From the NCBI GenBank assembly GCA_035545995.1, contig DASZXH010000044.1, forward strand, positions 1,527 to 65,526: a stretch of 64,000 nucleotides of DNA, given 5' to 3'. Source of the DNA: Verrucomicrobiia bacterium. Lineage in GTDB: Bacteria > Verrucomicrobiota > Verrucomicrobiia > Limisphaerales > UBA11358. The translations under genes were made by a program, and so were the position numbers. Of the stretch, positions 19,408 through 27,183 are shown piece by piece. Below the pieces are notes generated by a model. It did no database searches. It was not told where the DNA came from and saw only the letters and a program-made list of their open reading frames with translations. Each line of letters starts with the position of its first letter. The first letter of the stretch is position 1.

Positions 19408-20767
19408 AGCGTTGAAACGAAATGCGTTAAAGCGGAACGCGTCTGGCAACGCTTCAACGCTTCAACCCTTCAATGTTTCAACGGCATCCATCGCCCTGCC
19501 GCTTTCGTTCATCGTCGCCGGCTTGTTCGCGCTTTTTGCCGGCGCAATCTGGCTGGTCGCGCAGCCGCAAATTCTCACGGCGTATCATTACAACGCCAGC
19601 GCCGTCGCCGCGATGCATTTGTTCGCGCTCGGCTGGCTTGGCAGCGTCGTCATAGGTGCGATGTATCAACTCGTGCCGGTCGCGCTGGAAACAAAACTAT
19701 TCAGCGAACAGCTCGCGAAAATTCAGTTCGCTTTTCACGTCGTTGGCTTCGTCGGAATGGTTTTAGCGTTTCGCGTTTGGAATATGAAATTTGTCGGCGC
19801 GTTCGGAACTGTTTTCACCATCGGCGTCGCCCTGTTCATTTACAACGTCGCGCGAACGCTGGTGCGGATTCCGAAATGGAATGTTATTGCCGCCGCCGTC
19901 GCGTCCGCGCTCGCGTGGATTTCGCTGGTGGTCGCCGCCGGACTTTTGATTGTGTCCGCGAAAACCGGCCACGCGAATTTCATGTTCCGTTTCAATCCCA
20001 TCGGCGCGATGCACGCGCACGCGCATTTGGGCGCGCTGGGATTTTTCATCATGCTCATCGTCGGCGTGTCTTACAAATTGATTCCGATGTTCACGTTGAG
20101 CGAAATTCAAAATCATCACCGCGCGCTGGCATCCGTGATTTTGCTCAATGCCGGACTCGCCGGTTCGTTCATTTCCATTTTATTGCAACTCGCGCTCAAA
20201 CCGCTGTTCGCGCTCATCATTGTCGCCGCGCTCGCGATTTATGGCTGGGAAATGATGGCGATTTTGCGCGCGCGAAAACGCCGCGCGCTGGATTGGGGCG
20301 TGAGATATTTTCTGACGGCCATTTCATTGCTCGCGCCGCTGTCAATTCTCGCGCTCGTTCTGTCGTGGCCGAAACTGCCGCTCAATCCGTTCACCGGCCA
20401 GCTTGAAAATGTTTATGGCTTCGTCGCGTTTGTCGGTGTCATTTCGTTCGCGGTCATCGGGATGCTTTACAAAATCATTCCGTTTCTCGTCTGGTTCGGA
20501 ACTTACAGCAAACACATTGGACGCGCGCAAGTGCCGGCGCTGGCGGAAATGGTTTCGGAAAAATGGCAAAGGCTCGGCTACTGGATTTTTCTCGCGGCGC
20601 TGGCCGTGACCATTTTCGGAATTTTATTTTCAAACGCGCTGGTCGCACGAATTGGTAGCGCATTTTTCGCCGCAAGCCTGGCGACGCTTGCGCTCAATGT
20701 CGGAAAAATTCTGTCGCATTGTTTTCAACCGAAACTTGCGCCGCTGGCCGCGCCAAAAAAATTATGA
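19370..20767 (+). CDS. 12-TM His-rich integral membrane protein of unknown function (possibly NnrS-like)
   Basis: About 12 hydrophobic helices. The motif G-x2-Y-[QK]-[LI]-[VI]-P occurs three times, and 'MHAHAHLG' is present. The start is uncertain: ATG 19370 overlaps the upstream gene, and TTG 19412 is an alternative. Confidence 0.5.
   Translation: MMAVFLPISARVEALKRNALKRNASGNASTLQPFNVSTASIALPLSFIVAGLFALFAGAIWLVAQPQILTAYHYNASAVAAMHLFALGWLGSVVIGAMYQLVPVALETKLFSEQLAKIQFAFHVVGFVGMVLAFRVWNMKFVGAFGTVFTIGVALFIYNVARTLVRIPKWNVIAAAVASALAWISLVVAAGLLIVSAKTGHANFMFRFNPIGAMHAHAHLGALGFFIMLIVGVSYKLIPMFTLSEIQNHHRALASVILLNAGLAGSFISILLQLALKPLFALIIVAALAIYGWEMMAILRARKRRALDWGVRYFLTAISLLAPLSILALVLSWPKLPLNPFTGQLENVYGFVAFVGVISFAVIGMLYKIIPFLVWFGTYSKHIGRAQVPALAEMVSEKWQRLGYWIFLAALAVTIFGILFSNALVARIGSAFFAASLATLALNVGKILSHCFQPKLAPLAAPKKL
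19402..19483. repeat. array of 8-mers CGTTGAAG (forward) then CTTCAACG (reverse), long imperfect hairpin
   Basis: Read directly: GTTGAAGCGTTG at 19403-19414 pairs with CAACGCTTCAAC at 19447-19458. The same 8-mer family occurs at 43244-43275. Confidence 0.6.
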
Positions 20768-21081
20768 CCGGAACAAAAATTGATGAAGCCGCCGTTCTCG
20801 AGACGCTGCGCCAAATCATTGACCCGGAAATCGGCGTCAACATCGTTGACCTCGGCTTGATTTACGGCGTGAGCATCGCGGACGGAATGGTGCGCGTGAA
20901 AATGACGCTGACCACGCCCGGTTGTCCGATGCACGACAGCATTTCGGGGGGCGTCAAAAACACGCTGCTCGAGCTTGAAGGCGTCACCGAGGCGGAAGTG
21001 GAAATTGTTTTCGAGCCGCCGTGGCATCTGTCGTTGATGAGCGAACAGGCGCGCATCGCCTTGCGCGTCGGAAATTTTTAA
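20764..21081 (+). CDS. DUF59 / MIP18-family metal-sulfur cluster assembly protein (SufT-like)
   Basis: 'IIDPEIGVNIVDLGLIY...MTLTTPGCPM' is the classic DUF59 motif. An ATGA overlap links it to the upstream gene. Confidence 0.85.
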   Translation: MTGTKIDEAAVLETLRQIIDPEIGVNIVDLGLIYGVSIADGMVRVKMTLTTPGCPMHDSISGGVKNTLLELEGVTEAEVEIVFEPPWHLSLMSEQARIALRVGNF

Positions 21082-21093
21082 CTGAAACAAAAC

Positions 21094-21399
21094 ATGAAAA
21101 ACACCAACCAAAATCAAATTCCCGCCGACAAAATCATGGACGTTCGTCCGATTCCGTGTTCCATCAAACACGGCCAGATCATCCAAAAATGGCTCGACCT
21201 CGCCGTCGGCGATTATTTCGTGCTGCTCAACGACCACGACCCGGTGCCATTGTATTATCAATTCGCCGCCGAATGGCCGCAGGCGTTTTCGTGGGAGCAT
21301 CTGGTCAAAGGACCGGACGAATTCCGCGTTAAAATCACCAAACTGAAATCCGGCGCGGAAAATGCCAAAACAGAAACCGCGTGTTGCGGCAGCCATTGA
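21094..21399 (+). CDS. DUF2249-domain protein
   Basis: 'DVRPIP...HGQIIQKWLDL..GDYFVLLNDHDPVPLYYQF...FSWEHL..GPDEFRVKITK' is the canonical DUF2249 pattern as recalled. Confidence 0.75.
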   Translation: MKNTNQNQIPADKIMDVRPIPCSIKHGQIIQKWLDLAVGDYFVLLNDHDPVPLYYQFAAEWPQAFSWEHLVKGPDEFRVKITKLKSGAENAKTETACCGSH

Positions 21400-21400
21400 A

Positions 21401-22210
21401 ATGAAAATGGCGGCGACCACTTCCGAGACTGTTTCCACGCGCAAAATCATCAAATTGATTTTGCCGAAAGAACACGGAAGCTGGTCGCTCGCGCTGGAGC
21501 CGGTTGCACTCGGATTGCTGACCGCGCCGACGGCGGCGGGCGGCGCGCTGGCCGTCGCCGCATTCGCGGGATTTTTCCTGCGGCGACCGCTGAAAATTTT
21601 TTTCCGCGAGGAAAATCGCGAACGATGGAAAACGGCGCGCGCCGCAATCTTTATTCTGGCAACCATTGCCATCGCCGGTTTGCTGTTGGCTATAAAATTT
21701 GGCGGCGCGAAAAATCTTTGGCCGCTGATTCCGGCGGCCGTTGCCGGAATGGCATTCGCGTTTTTCGATTTGCGCAATGAAGCGCGTGAAGGCGCGGCGG
21801 AAATTTCCGGCGCCATCACCTTTGGAATTTTGCCGGCCGCCTTTGCGACATTGGCCGGATGGAACTTTGTCGCGGCAATTTCTCTCGCGGCGGTGATGCT
21901 CGCGCGCTCCGTGCCGACGGTTTTATTCCTGCGAACGTATTTGCGAATCAAAAAAGGCAAAGGCGTAAAAATTTTTCCGGCGATTTTCGCGGCCATAATT
22001 GGATTTCTTCTCATCGTCTGGCTGGCCATTTCAAAATTTGCACCGTGGATTTCCGTCGTTTTTGTCCTGCTGATGGCCGCGCGAACAATTTATTTGCTCG
22101 CCAGCCGTCCGCGTTTCGCCGCCAAAACTCTCGGCATCACGGAAACAACTTTTGGCGCGACGATGGTTTTGACTTTGGCCGTTGCGTGGAGATTTTTTCA
22201 GCAACAATAG
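21401..22210 (+). CDS. YwiC-like membrane protein
   Basis: 'LPKEHGSWSLALEPVALGLL' starts a polytopic protein of about 270 aa. The start was set at ATG 21401, 2 nt after the upstream stop. Confidence 0.6.
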   Translation: MKMAATTSETVSTRKIIKLILPKEHGSWSLALEPVALGLLTAPTAAGGALAVAAFAGFFLRRPLKIFFREENRERWKTARAAIFILATIAIAGLLLAIKFGGAKNLWPLIPAAVAGMAFAFFDLRNEAREGAAEISGAITFGILPAAFATLAGWNFVAAISLAAVMLARSVPTVLFLRTYLRIKKGKGVKIFPAIFAAIIGFLLIVWLAISKFAPWISVVFVLLMAARTIYLLASRPRFAAKTLGITETTFGATMVLTLAVAWRFFQQQ

Positions 22211-22235
22211 GGCGCGTAAATTAGAAGAAATACTT

Positions 22236-22250
22236 AATCATTTAATGATT
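22236..22250. promoter_or_regulatory. 7-1-7 palindrome AATCATT-T-AATGATT upstream of the nirK-operon FNR-type box
   Basis: Read directly. It lies 19 bp upstream of the box and its function is unknown. Confidence 0.3.
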
Positions 22251-22268
22251 GATTAAAAGTTTAACTTA

Positions 22269-22282
22269 TTGACTTGGGTCAA
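22269..22282. promoter_or_regulatory. FNR/Dnr-type box TTGACttggGTCAA upstream of the DGC-porin-nirK operon
   Basis: A perfect palindrome with 2 mismatches to TTGAT-N4-ATCAA. GATAAT at 22305-22310 is spaced 22 bp from the box, as in class II promoters. Confidence 0.6.
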
Positions 22283-22314
22283 GTCTTCCTTCCGGTAGTC
22301 GTCCGATAATTCTA

Positions 22315-22333
22315 CTGCAATTAAAAATTGCAG
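22315..22333. promoter_or_regulatory. hairpin/palindrome CTGCAATT-AAA-AATTGCAG abutting the start codon at 22336
   Basis: Perfect 8-bp arms, read directly. It would occupy the whole predicted short 5' leader. Confidence 0.35.
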
Positions 22334-22335
22334 TT

Positions 22336-22770
22336 ATGAACAACGAAATTCTGCCATCGGACAAAACGGGAAAATCCAAGCCGTTGTCGGAAAAACCCGC
22401 CGTGGTTTATGCCTGCTCCGGCTGCTCGGACGCGGGCGAAATCGCCGACCGCGTCGCGCGGCAACTCACGCGCGAAGGCGCGGCACAAATGTCCTGCCTC
22501 GCCGGAATCGGCGGGCGCGTGAAAAGTTTGGTGATGAAAGCCGAAAACGCCGGACGCATTTTGGTTGTGGACGGCTGTCCGCTGAATTGCGCGGCGCACA
22601 CGCTTCGGCTCGCGGGGTTTCAACATTTCGAGCATCTCGAATTGCACAAAATCGGCATCCGCAAAGGCTCGTGCCCGGCGACGGATGAAAAAATTTCCGC
22701 CGGTGTCGCGGCGGCCAAAGAAATTCTTTCACGCCATCAAACCATCAATGAAATCTGTCCTGAAATATGA
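22336..22770 (+). CDS. DGC-domain putative zinc-binding protein
   Basis: 'VVYACSGCSDAGEIADR' and 'LVVDGCPLNCA' give the DGC motif plus four Cys. Confidence 0.7.
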   Translation: MNNEILPSDKTGKSKPLSEKPAVVYACSGCSDAGEIADRVARQLTREGAAQMSCLAGIGGRVKSLVMKAENAGRILVVDGCPLNCAAHTLRLAGFQHFEHLELHKIGIRKGSCPATDEKISAGVAAAKEILSRHQTINEICPEI

Positions 22771-24188
22771 AAAATAATTGCAACCGTAAAAAAGTTCTTG
22801 CCGGCGCGCTCGCGTTAAGCGCCGCTGCCGCGTTGGCGCAACAAAAACCATTCATACAGGCGGGCACGGCGCAGCCGCCGACGTTGCCGCCGCTGCAAAC
22901 GACGAACGCGCCCGCCGTTGCAATGGGCGCGAACACCAATGCGCCGTCGTTCAGCAATTTGTCCGACAAATTTTTCAACGGCGAAATTCCCGACGCCATC
23001 GCTAAAGGAAAATTTAATTTTGATGCGCGGCTCCATTACGAGCAGGCGGATGAAGAAGGCGTTTCCGGCGTCACCAAAAATTCCTACGCGCCGACGTTGC
23101 GCACGATGTTCGGTTACACGACCGCGCCGCTTTACGGATTTCAGGGGATGCTCGAAGGTTTGAACGTCACGGCGTTCGGCGGGCAAAATAATTACAACGC
23201 CGCCGGTTCAAACGGCCAAGGCAGCCGTCCAGTTGTGGCCGACCCACCGTTGACGCGACTCGACCAGGCATGGTTGAGCTGGAATTACACGAATTATTTT
23301 TCCATCAAGGGCGGGGAACAACGCATCAATCTGGACAATCAACGTTTCATCGGCGATTCCAATTGGCGTCAGAACATTCAGACGTTTGATGCCGTCAGCC
23401 TCGGCGGCGAGCCGGTTGCCGGACTGGATTTGTATTACGCCTACGTTTGGGACGTTCATCGCGTTTTCGGAAACGTGAGCGGATTGCCCGCAGCGAACAC
23501 GGATTTTGATTCGCGCTCGCATTTGATCAACGTCTCGTATTCCGGCTGGAAATACGGCACGTTCACCGGCTACGACTATTTGCTCGACTTGCGCAATTTG
23601 GCCGGCGACGCCAATTCCTGCGAAACATTCGGCGGCGCTTTCGCCGGCAACGCGCCCGTCACCGATAAAATCGCCGCCGATTATCGCGCGGAATTCGCGT
23701 ATCAAAAAAATTGGGCCGGCAGCCCGTTGCGCTACGACGCGACGTATTACAATCTCGAGGGTGGCTTGAACCTCAAACCGGTCGCGTTCGGCGGCGGCTA
23801 CGAAGTTCTCGGCAGCGGCGCAAATTCCGGCGCGGGCGGCGGACGCGCGTCATTTCGCACGCCGCTGGCCACGCTTCACGCGTTCAACGGCTGGGACGAT
23901 GTTTTTCTGACGACGCCCGCGAACGGACTCGACGATTTATACGGCTACCTTCAAGTCACTTTGCCCGCGCAAATTCCCGTGCGGTTTGTGTTTCACAAAT
24001 TCGACGCCGATTTCGGCAACGGCGATTACGGCAACGAGTTTGACATCATGGCGTCCAAAAAATTCGGCAAGCACTGGAGCGCGCTGGTCAAATACGCCTA
24101 TTTTCAGGGACAAGACGCGGCCTCGCCGTCCATCGCCAGCAATGTGGACATCCAAAAATTCTGGGCGCAGGTGGAATTTACTTTTTGA
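22767..24188 (+). CDS. outer-membrane beta-barrel porin (alginate-export-like)
   Basis: It has a signal peptide 'ALALSAAAALA', alternating amphipathic strands and a C-terminal '...WAQVEFTF'. An ATGA overlap links it to the DGC gene. Confidence 0.6.
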   Translation: MKNNCNRKKVLAGALALSAAAALAQQKPFIQAGTAQPPTLPPLQTTNAPAVAMGANTNAPSFSNLSDKFFNGEIPDAIAKGKFNFDARLHYEQADEEGVSGVTKNSYAPTLRTMFGYTTAPLYGFQGMLEGLNVTAFGGQNNYNAAGSNGQGSRPVVADPPLTRLDQAWLSWNYTNYFSIKGGEQRINLDNQRFIGDSNWRQNIQTFDAVSLGGEPVAGLDLYYAYVWDVHRVFGNVSGLPAANTDFDSRSHLINVSYSGWKYGTFTGYDYLLDLRNLAGDANSCETFGGAFAGNAPVTDKIAADYRAEFAYQKNWAGSPLRYDATYYNLEGGLNLKPVAFGGGYEVLGSGANSGAGGGRASFRTPLATLHAFNGWDDVFLTTPANGLDDLYGYLQVTLPAQIPVRFVFHKFDADFGNGDYGNEFDIMASKKFGKHWSALVKYAYFQGQDAASPSIASNVDIQKFWAQVEFTF

Positions 24189-24217
24189 ACCGGCAAAAAA
24201 TTGAACCGAAAAATTAT

Positions 24218-25720
24218 ATGAAAACGAATGTTCTGAAAATCAGCTTCGCAAGCCTTCTGTTGACGGTTGCGGCGATTTGTCCTTCAAAATCGGAAACGCA
24301 AGCCGCCGCAATTCCTGAAATTATTGGCAGCGAAAACGCCGTTTTGACCGACGCGCCAAACGTGCCGCCGCCCATCACGCGCACATACGCGACGAAAGTC
24401 ATTGTGAATCTCGAAGTCAAGGAAGTCACCCGGCGGCTCGCCGACGGCGTGGATTACACGTTTTGGACGTTTGGCGGCAGCGTGCCGGGAAAATTCATCC
24501 GCATCCGCGAAGGCGACGAAGTGGAATTTCATCTGGCCAACGCGCCCGACAGCAAAATGCCGCACAACATTGATTTGCACGCTGTCAGCGGGCCGGGTGG
24601 CGGCGCGGCGGCGTCATTTGTCGCACCGGGACACGAATCGCAATTTACTTTCACGGCGCTGAATCCGGGACTTTACGTTTATCACTGCGCGACCGCGCCG
24701 GTCGGAATGCACATCGCTAACGGAATGTATGGCTTGATTCTCGTCGAACCGGCCAACGGCCTGCCGAAAGTGGACAAGGAATTTTACATCGTGCAAGGCG
24801 AGTTTTACACCGCCGGAAAATTCGGCGATCCCGGCTTGCAACCGTTCGACTTGGACAAGGCGGTTGACGAGCGTCCGGCTTACGTCGTTTTCAACGGCGC
24901 GGTCGGTTCGCTCACGGACAGCAACGCGCTCACGGCGCGCGTCGGCGAAAAAATCCGTTTCTTCGTCGGCAACGGCGGACCGAATCTCGTCAGCTCATTT
25001 CACGTCATCGGAAATATTTTCGACACGGTTTATGACGAAGGCGGGACGACGCCGATCCACAACGTGCAAACGACGTTGATTCCGGCGGGCGGCGCGGCGA
25101 TGGTGGAATTCACGCCGAAAGTTCCCGGCACTTACACTTTTCTCGACCATTCCATTTTGCGCGCGTTCAACAAAGGTTGCATCGGGCAATTGAAAGTGAC
25201 CGGCGACGCGAACGGCGCGATTTTTTCCGGCAGGCAAAGCGACACCATTTTTACCGAACCGGAAACCAATTCTGTTCCGGCGGTCAAAGTTGAGCCGGTG
25301 GCCGCGAAGCCGGCGAAAAATTCCCAATCCGTTCCGGCAAACGCAACTCCAGCCGTTGCAGCGCAAATGGAATCGGGTAGACAAGTTTATCAACAAATTT
25401 GTTTCGTTTGCCATCAACCGAACGGCCTCGGCGTGCCGAATCAAATCCCGCCGCTGGCCGGCTCGGATTTTCTCGCGCATGAAAAAGTGGAATTGATCCG
25501 CACGTTGATTCAAGGACGTTCCGGCGAAATCGTCGTCAACGGGAAAAAATTCAGCGGCATCATGGTTCCGCAGGCCGATTTGACCGACGAGCAAATCGCC
25601 AACGTGCTGACGTTTGTGCGCAACAACTGGAACAATTCCGGCGACGCGGTGACGGCGGACGAAGTCCGCGCCGCGCGCGCCGGAGCGAAGCCCGTGGCCG
25701 CCGCAAATTCGTTTGAATGA
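24218..25720 (+). CDS. nirK: copper-containing nitrite reductase NirK with C-terminal cytochrome c domain
   Basis: 'HNIDLHAVSGPGGG' carries T2Cu/T1Cu His ligands. 'YVYHCATAPVGMHIANGM' gives T1Cu Cys-His-Met. The C-terminal 'CFVCHQPNG' is a CxxCH after a Pro/Ala linker. Confidence 0.9.
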   Translation: MKTNVLKISFASLLLTVAAICPSKSETQAAAIPEIIGSENAVLTDAPNVPPPITRTYATKVIVNLEVKEVTRRLADGVDYTFWTFGGSVPGKFIRIREGDEVEFHLANAPDSKMPHNIDLHAVSGPGGGAAASFVAPGHESQFTFTALNPGLYVYHCATAPVGMHIANGMYGLILVEPANGLPKVDKEFYIVQGEFYTAGKFGDPGLQPFDLDKAVDERPAYVVFNGAVGSLTDSNALTARVGEKIRFFVGNGGPNLVSSFHVIGNIFDTVYDEGGTTPIHNVQTTLIPAGGAAMVEFTPKVPGTYTFLDHSILRAFNKGCIGQLKVTGDANGAIFSGRQSDTIFTEPETNSVPAVKVEPVAAKPAKNSQSVPANATPAVAAQMESGRQVYQQICFVCHQPNGLGVPNQIPPLAGSDFLAHEKVELIRTLIQGRSGEIVVNGKKFSGIMVPQADLTDEQIANVLTFVRNNWNNSGDAVTADEVRAARAGAKPVAAANSFE

Positions 25721-25729
25721 AATCCGATT

Positions 25730-26563
25730 ATGAATTTTAACGCAAAAACGCAAAGACGCGACGGTGCCAGGATTGGGGAAATTTTCCTTTGCTGCGTCCT
25801 CGCCTCTTTGCGTTTTTGCGTTGATTCTTCCGCCGCCACCAACGCGAGCATCGCGCCCGCTGGCATGGTTCAAATTCCCGCCGGCGTTTATCGTCCGCTG
25901 CTTAAATCCAAAACCGACGCGGCGGAAATTGCCGTGAAAAGTTTTTATCTGGATGTCGAGCCGGTTTCCAACGGCGAATTTTTGGAATTCGTCCGCGCCC
26001 ATCCGCAATGGCAACGCTCAAACGTCGCGCGCCTTTTCGCCGACAAATCGTATTTGAAAAATTGGGCGGGTGATTTGGAGCCGGGGAAAAATGCGCCGTC
26101 GAACGCACCGGTCACATTCGTTTCCTGGTTCGCGGCGAAAGCCTACGCGCAATGGAAACACGAACGGCTGCCGACCATCGCCGAATGGGAACTCGCGGCA
26201 AATGCCAGCGCGACGCGCGCCGACGGCGAAAATGACCCGCAATTCAAGGCGGAAATCCTGAAGTGGTATTGCGAATCGTCCGCGACGGAATTTCTGCCGG
26301 TCGGCGTCGGCGGGAAAAATTTTTACGGCGTCCGCGATTTGCACGGCCTGGTTTGGGAATGGACCGCCGATTTCAATTCCGCAATTTTATCCGGCGATTC
26401 GCGCGATGACGGCGCCGACGCGAAATTGTTTTGCGGCGCGGGCGCGCAAAGCGCGCGCGCCGTGGACGATTATCCGGCGTTCATGCGATTTGCTTTTCGC
26501 AGTAGTCTCAAGGCGGATTATTGCATCCACAATTTGGGCTTTCGCTGCGCCAAAGATTTATGA
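25730..26563 (+). CDS. nirV: formylglycine-generating-enzyme (SUMF1) family protein, NirV-like
   Basis: The motifs are 'FYLDVEPVSNGEFLEFV', 'RLPTIAEWELAA', 'GLVWEWTADF' and 'NLGFRCAKD'. The start is ambiguous between 25730 (through the REP hairpin) and ATG 25865. Confidence 0.75.
   Translation: MNFNAKTQRRDGARIGEIFLCCVLASLRFCVDSSAATNASIAPAGMVQIPAGVYRPLLKSKTDAAEIAVKSFYLDVEPVSNGEFLEFVRAHPQWQRSNVARLFADKSYLKNWAGDLEPGKNAPSNAPVTFVSWFAAKAYAQWKHERLPTIAEWELAANASATRADGENDPQFKAEILKWYCESSATEFLPVGVGGKNFYGVRDLHGLVWEWTADFNSAILSGDSRDDGADAKLFCGAGAQSARAVDDYPAFMRFAFRSSLKADYCIHNLGFRCAKDL
25739..25822. repeat. REP-like hairpin: 22-bp arms AACGCAAAAACGCAAAGACGCG / CGCCTCTTTGCGTTTTTGCGTT
   Basis: Read directly: arms at 25739-25760 and 25801-25822 with 1 mismatch and a 40-nt loop. 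It sits between the nirK stop and the FGE domain. Confidence 0.8.
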
Positions 26564-27174
26564 AAACAAAACTCCCAACCGCCATCGTGGCCGCGCTCGT
26601 TTTCCAACTTGGAATTTCGGGCGCGACAGAAACCAATTTCATTCATCGCCCGTGCTGCGCGATGGATTTGCCCGCGAAAAAATTCACCGACAAATCGCTT
26701 TATCAAGTCGAATCGGTTTGGACGACGGACGCGCAAAAACAAATCAAGCTGGGCGCGCTCGCGGGAAAACCGCAGGTCGTTTTGATGTTTTACTCGCGCT
26801 GCACGACGGCCTGCCCGATTTTGGAAAATGAATTGCGACAAATTGAATCCGCGCTGACGTCGGAAACACGCGCGAAAACCGGTTTTACCTTGATTTCATT
26901 CGACAGCGAGCGCGACACACCGACGGCGCTCGCCGAATATCGCAAAGTTTGGAATTTGCCGGAAAATTGGACGCTGCTTTCCGGCCAGCCGGACGACGTT
27001 TTGGAATTGGCCGCGTTGCTCGGAATTCAATTCAAGAAATCCGGCGATGGCGAAATCGCGCACTCAAACGTCGTCACGCTTTTGAACGCGCAAGGCGAAA
27101 TTGTTTTTCAGCAAACCGGATTGAACGCTGGCGCAGATGAAATGGTTCGCCGGATTGAACAAATTGTGAAATGA
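26560..27174 (+). CDS. SCO1/SenC-family copper chaperone
   Basis: It has a signal peptide, 'VLMFYSRCTTACP' (CxxxC) and the downstream 'IAHSNVV'. An ATGA overlap links it to nirV. Confidence 0.85.
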   Translation: MKTKLPTAIVAALVFQLGISGATETNFIHRPCCAMDLPAKKFTDKSLYQVESVWTTDAQKQIKLGALAGKPQVVLMFYSRCTTACPILENELRQIESALTSETRAKTGFTLISFDSERDTPTALAEYRKVWNLPENWTLLSGQPDDVLELAALLGIQFKKSGDGEIAHSNVVTLLNAQGEIVFQQTGLNAGADEMVRRIEQIVK

Positions 27175-27183
27175 TCAATCGTT

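Noticed and set aside
27157-27176. A possible fourth FNR-type site, TGTGAaatgATCAA, upstream of the DUF2249-crp pair.
   Set aside because: Only the right half-site matches. The left half is CRP-like (TGTGA), and the site lies inside the 3' end of the SCO gene. It is too weak to call without binding data.
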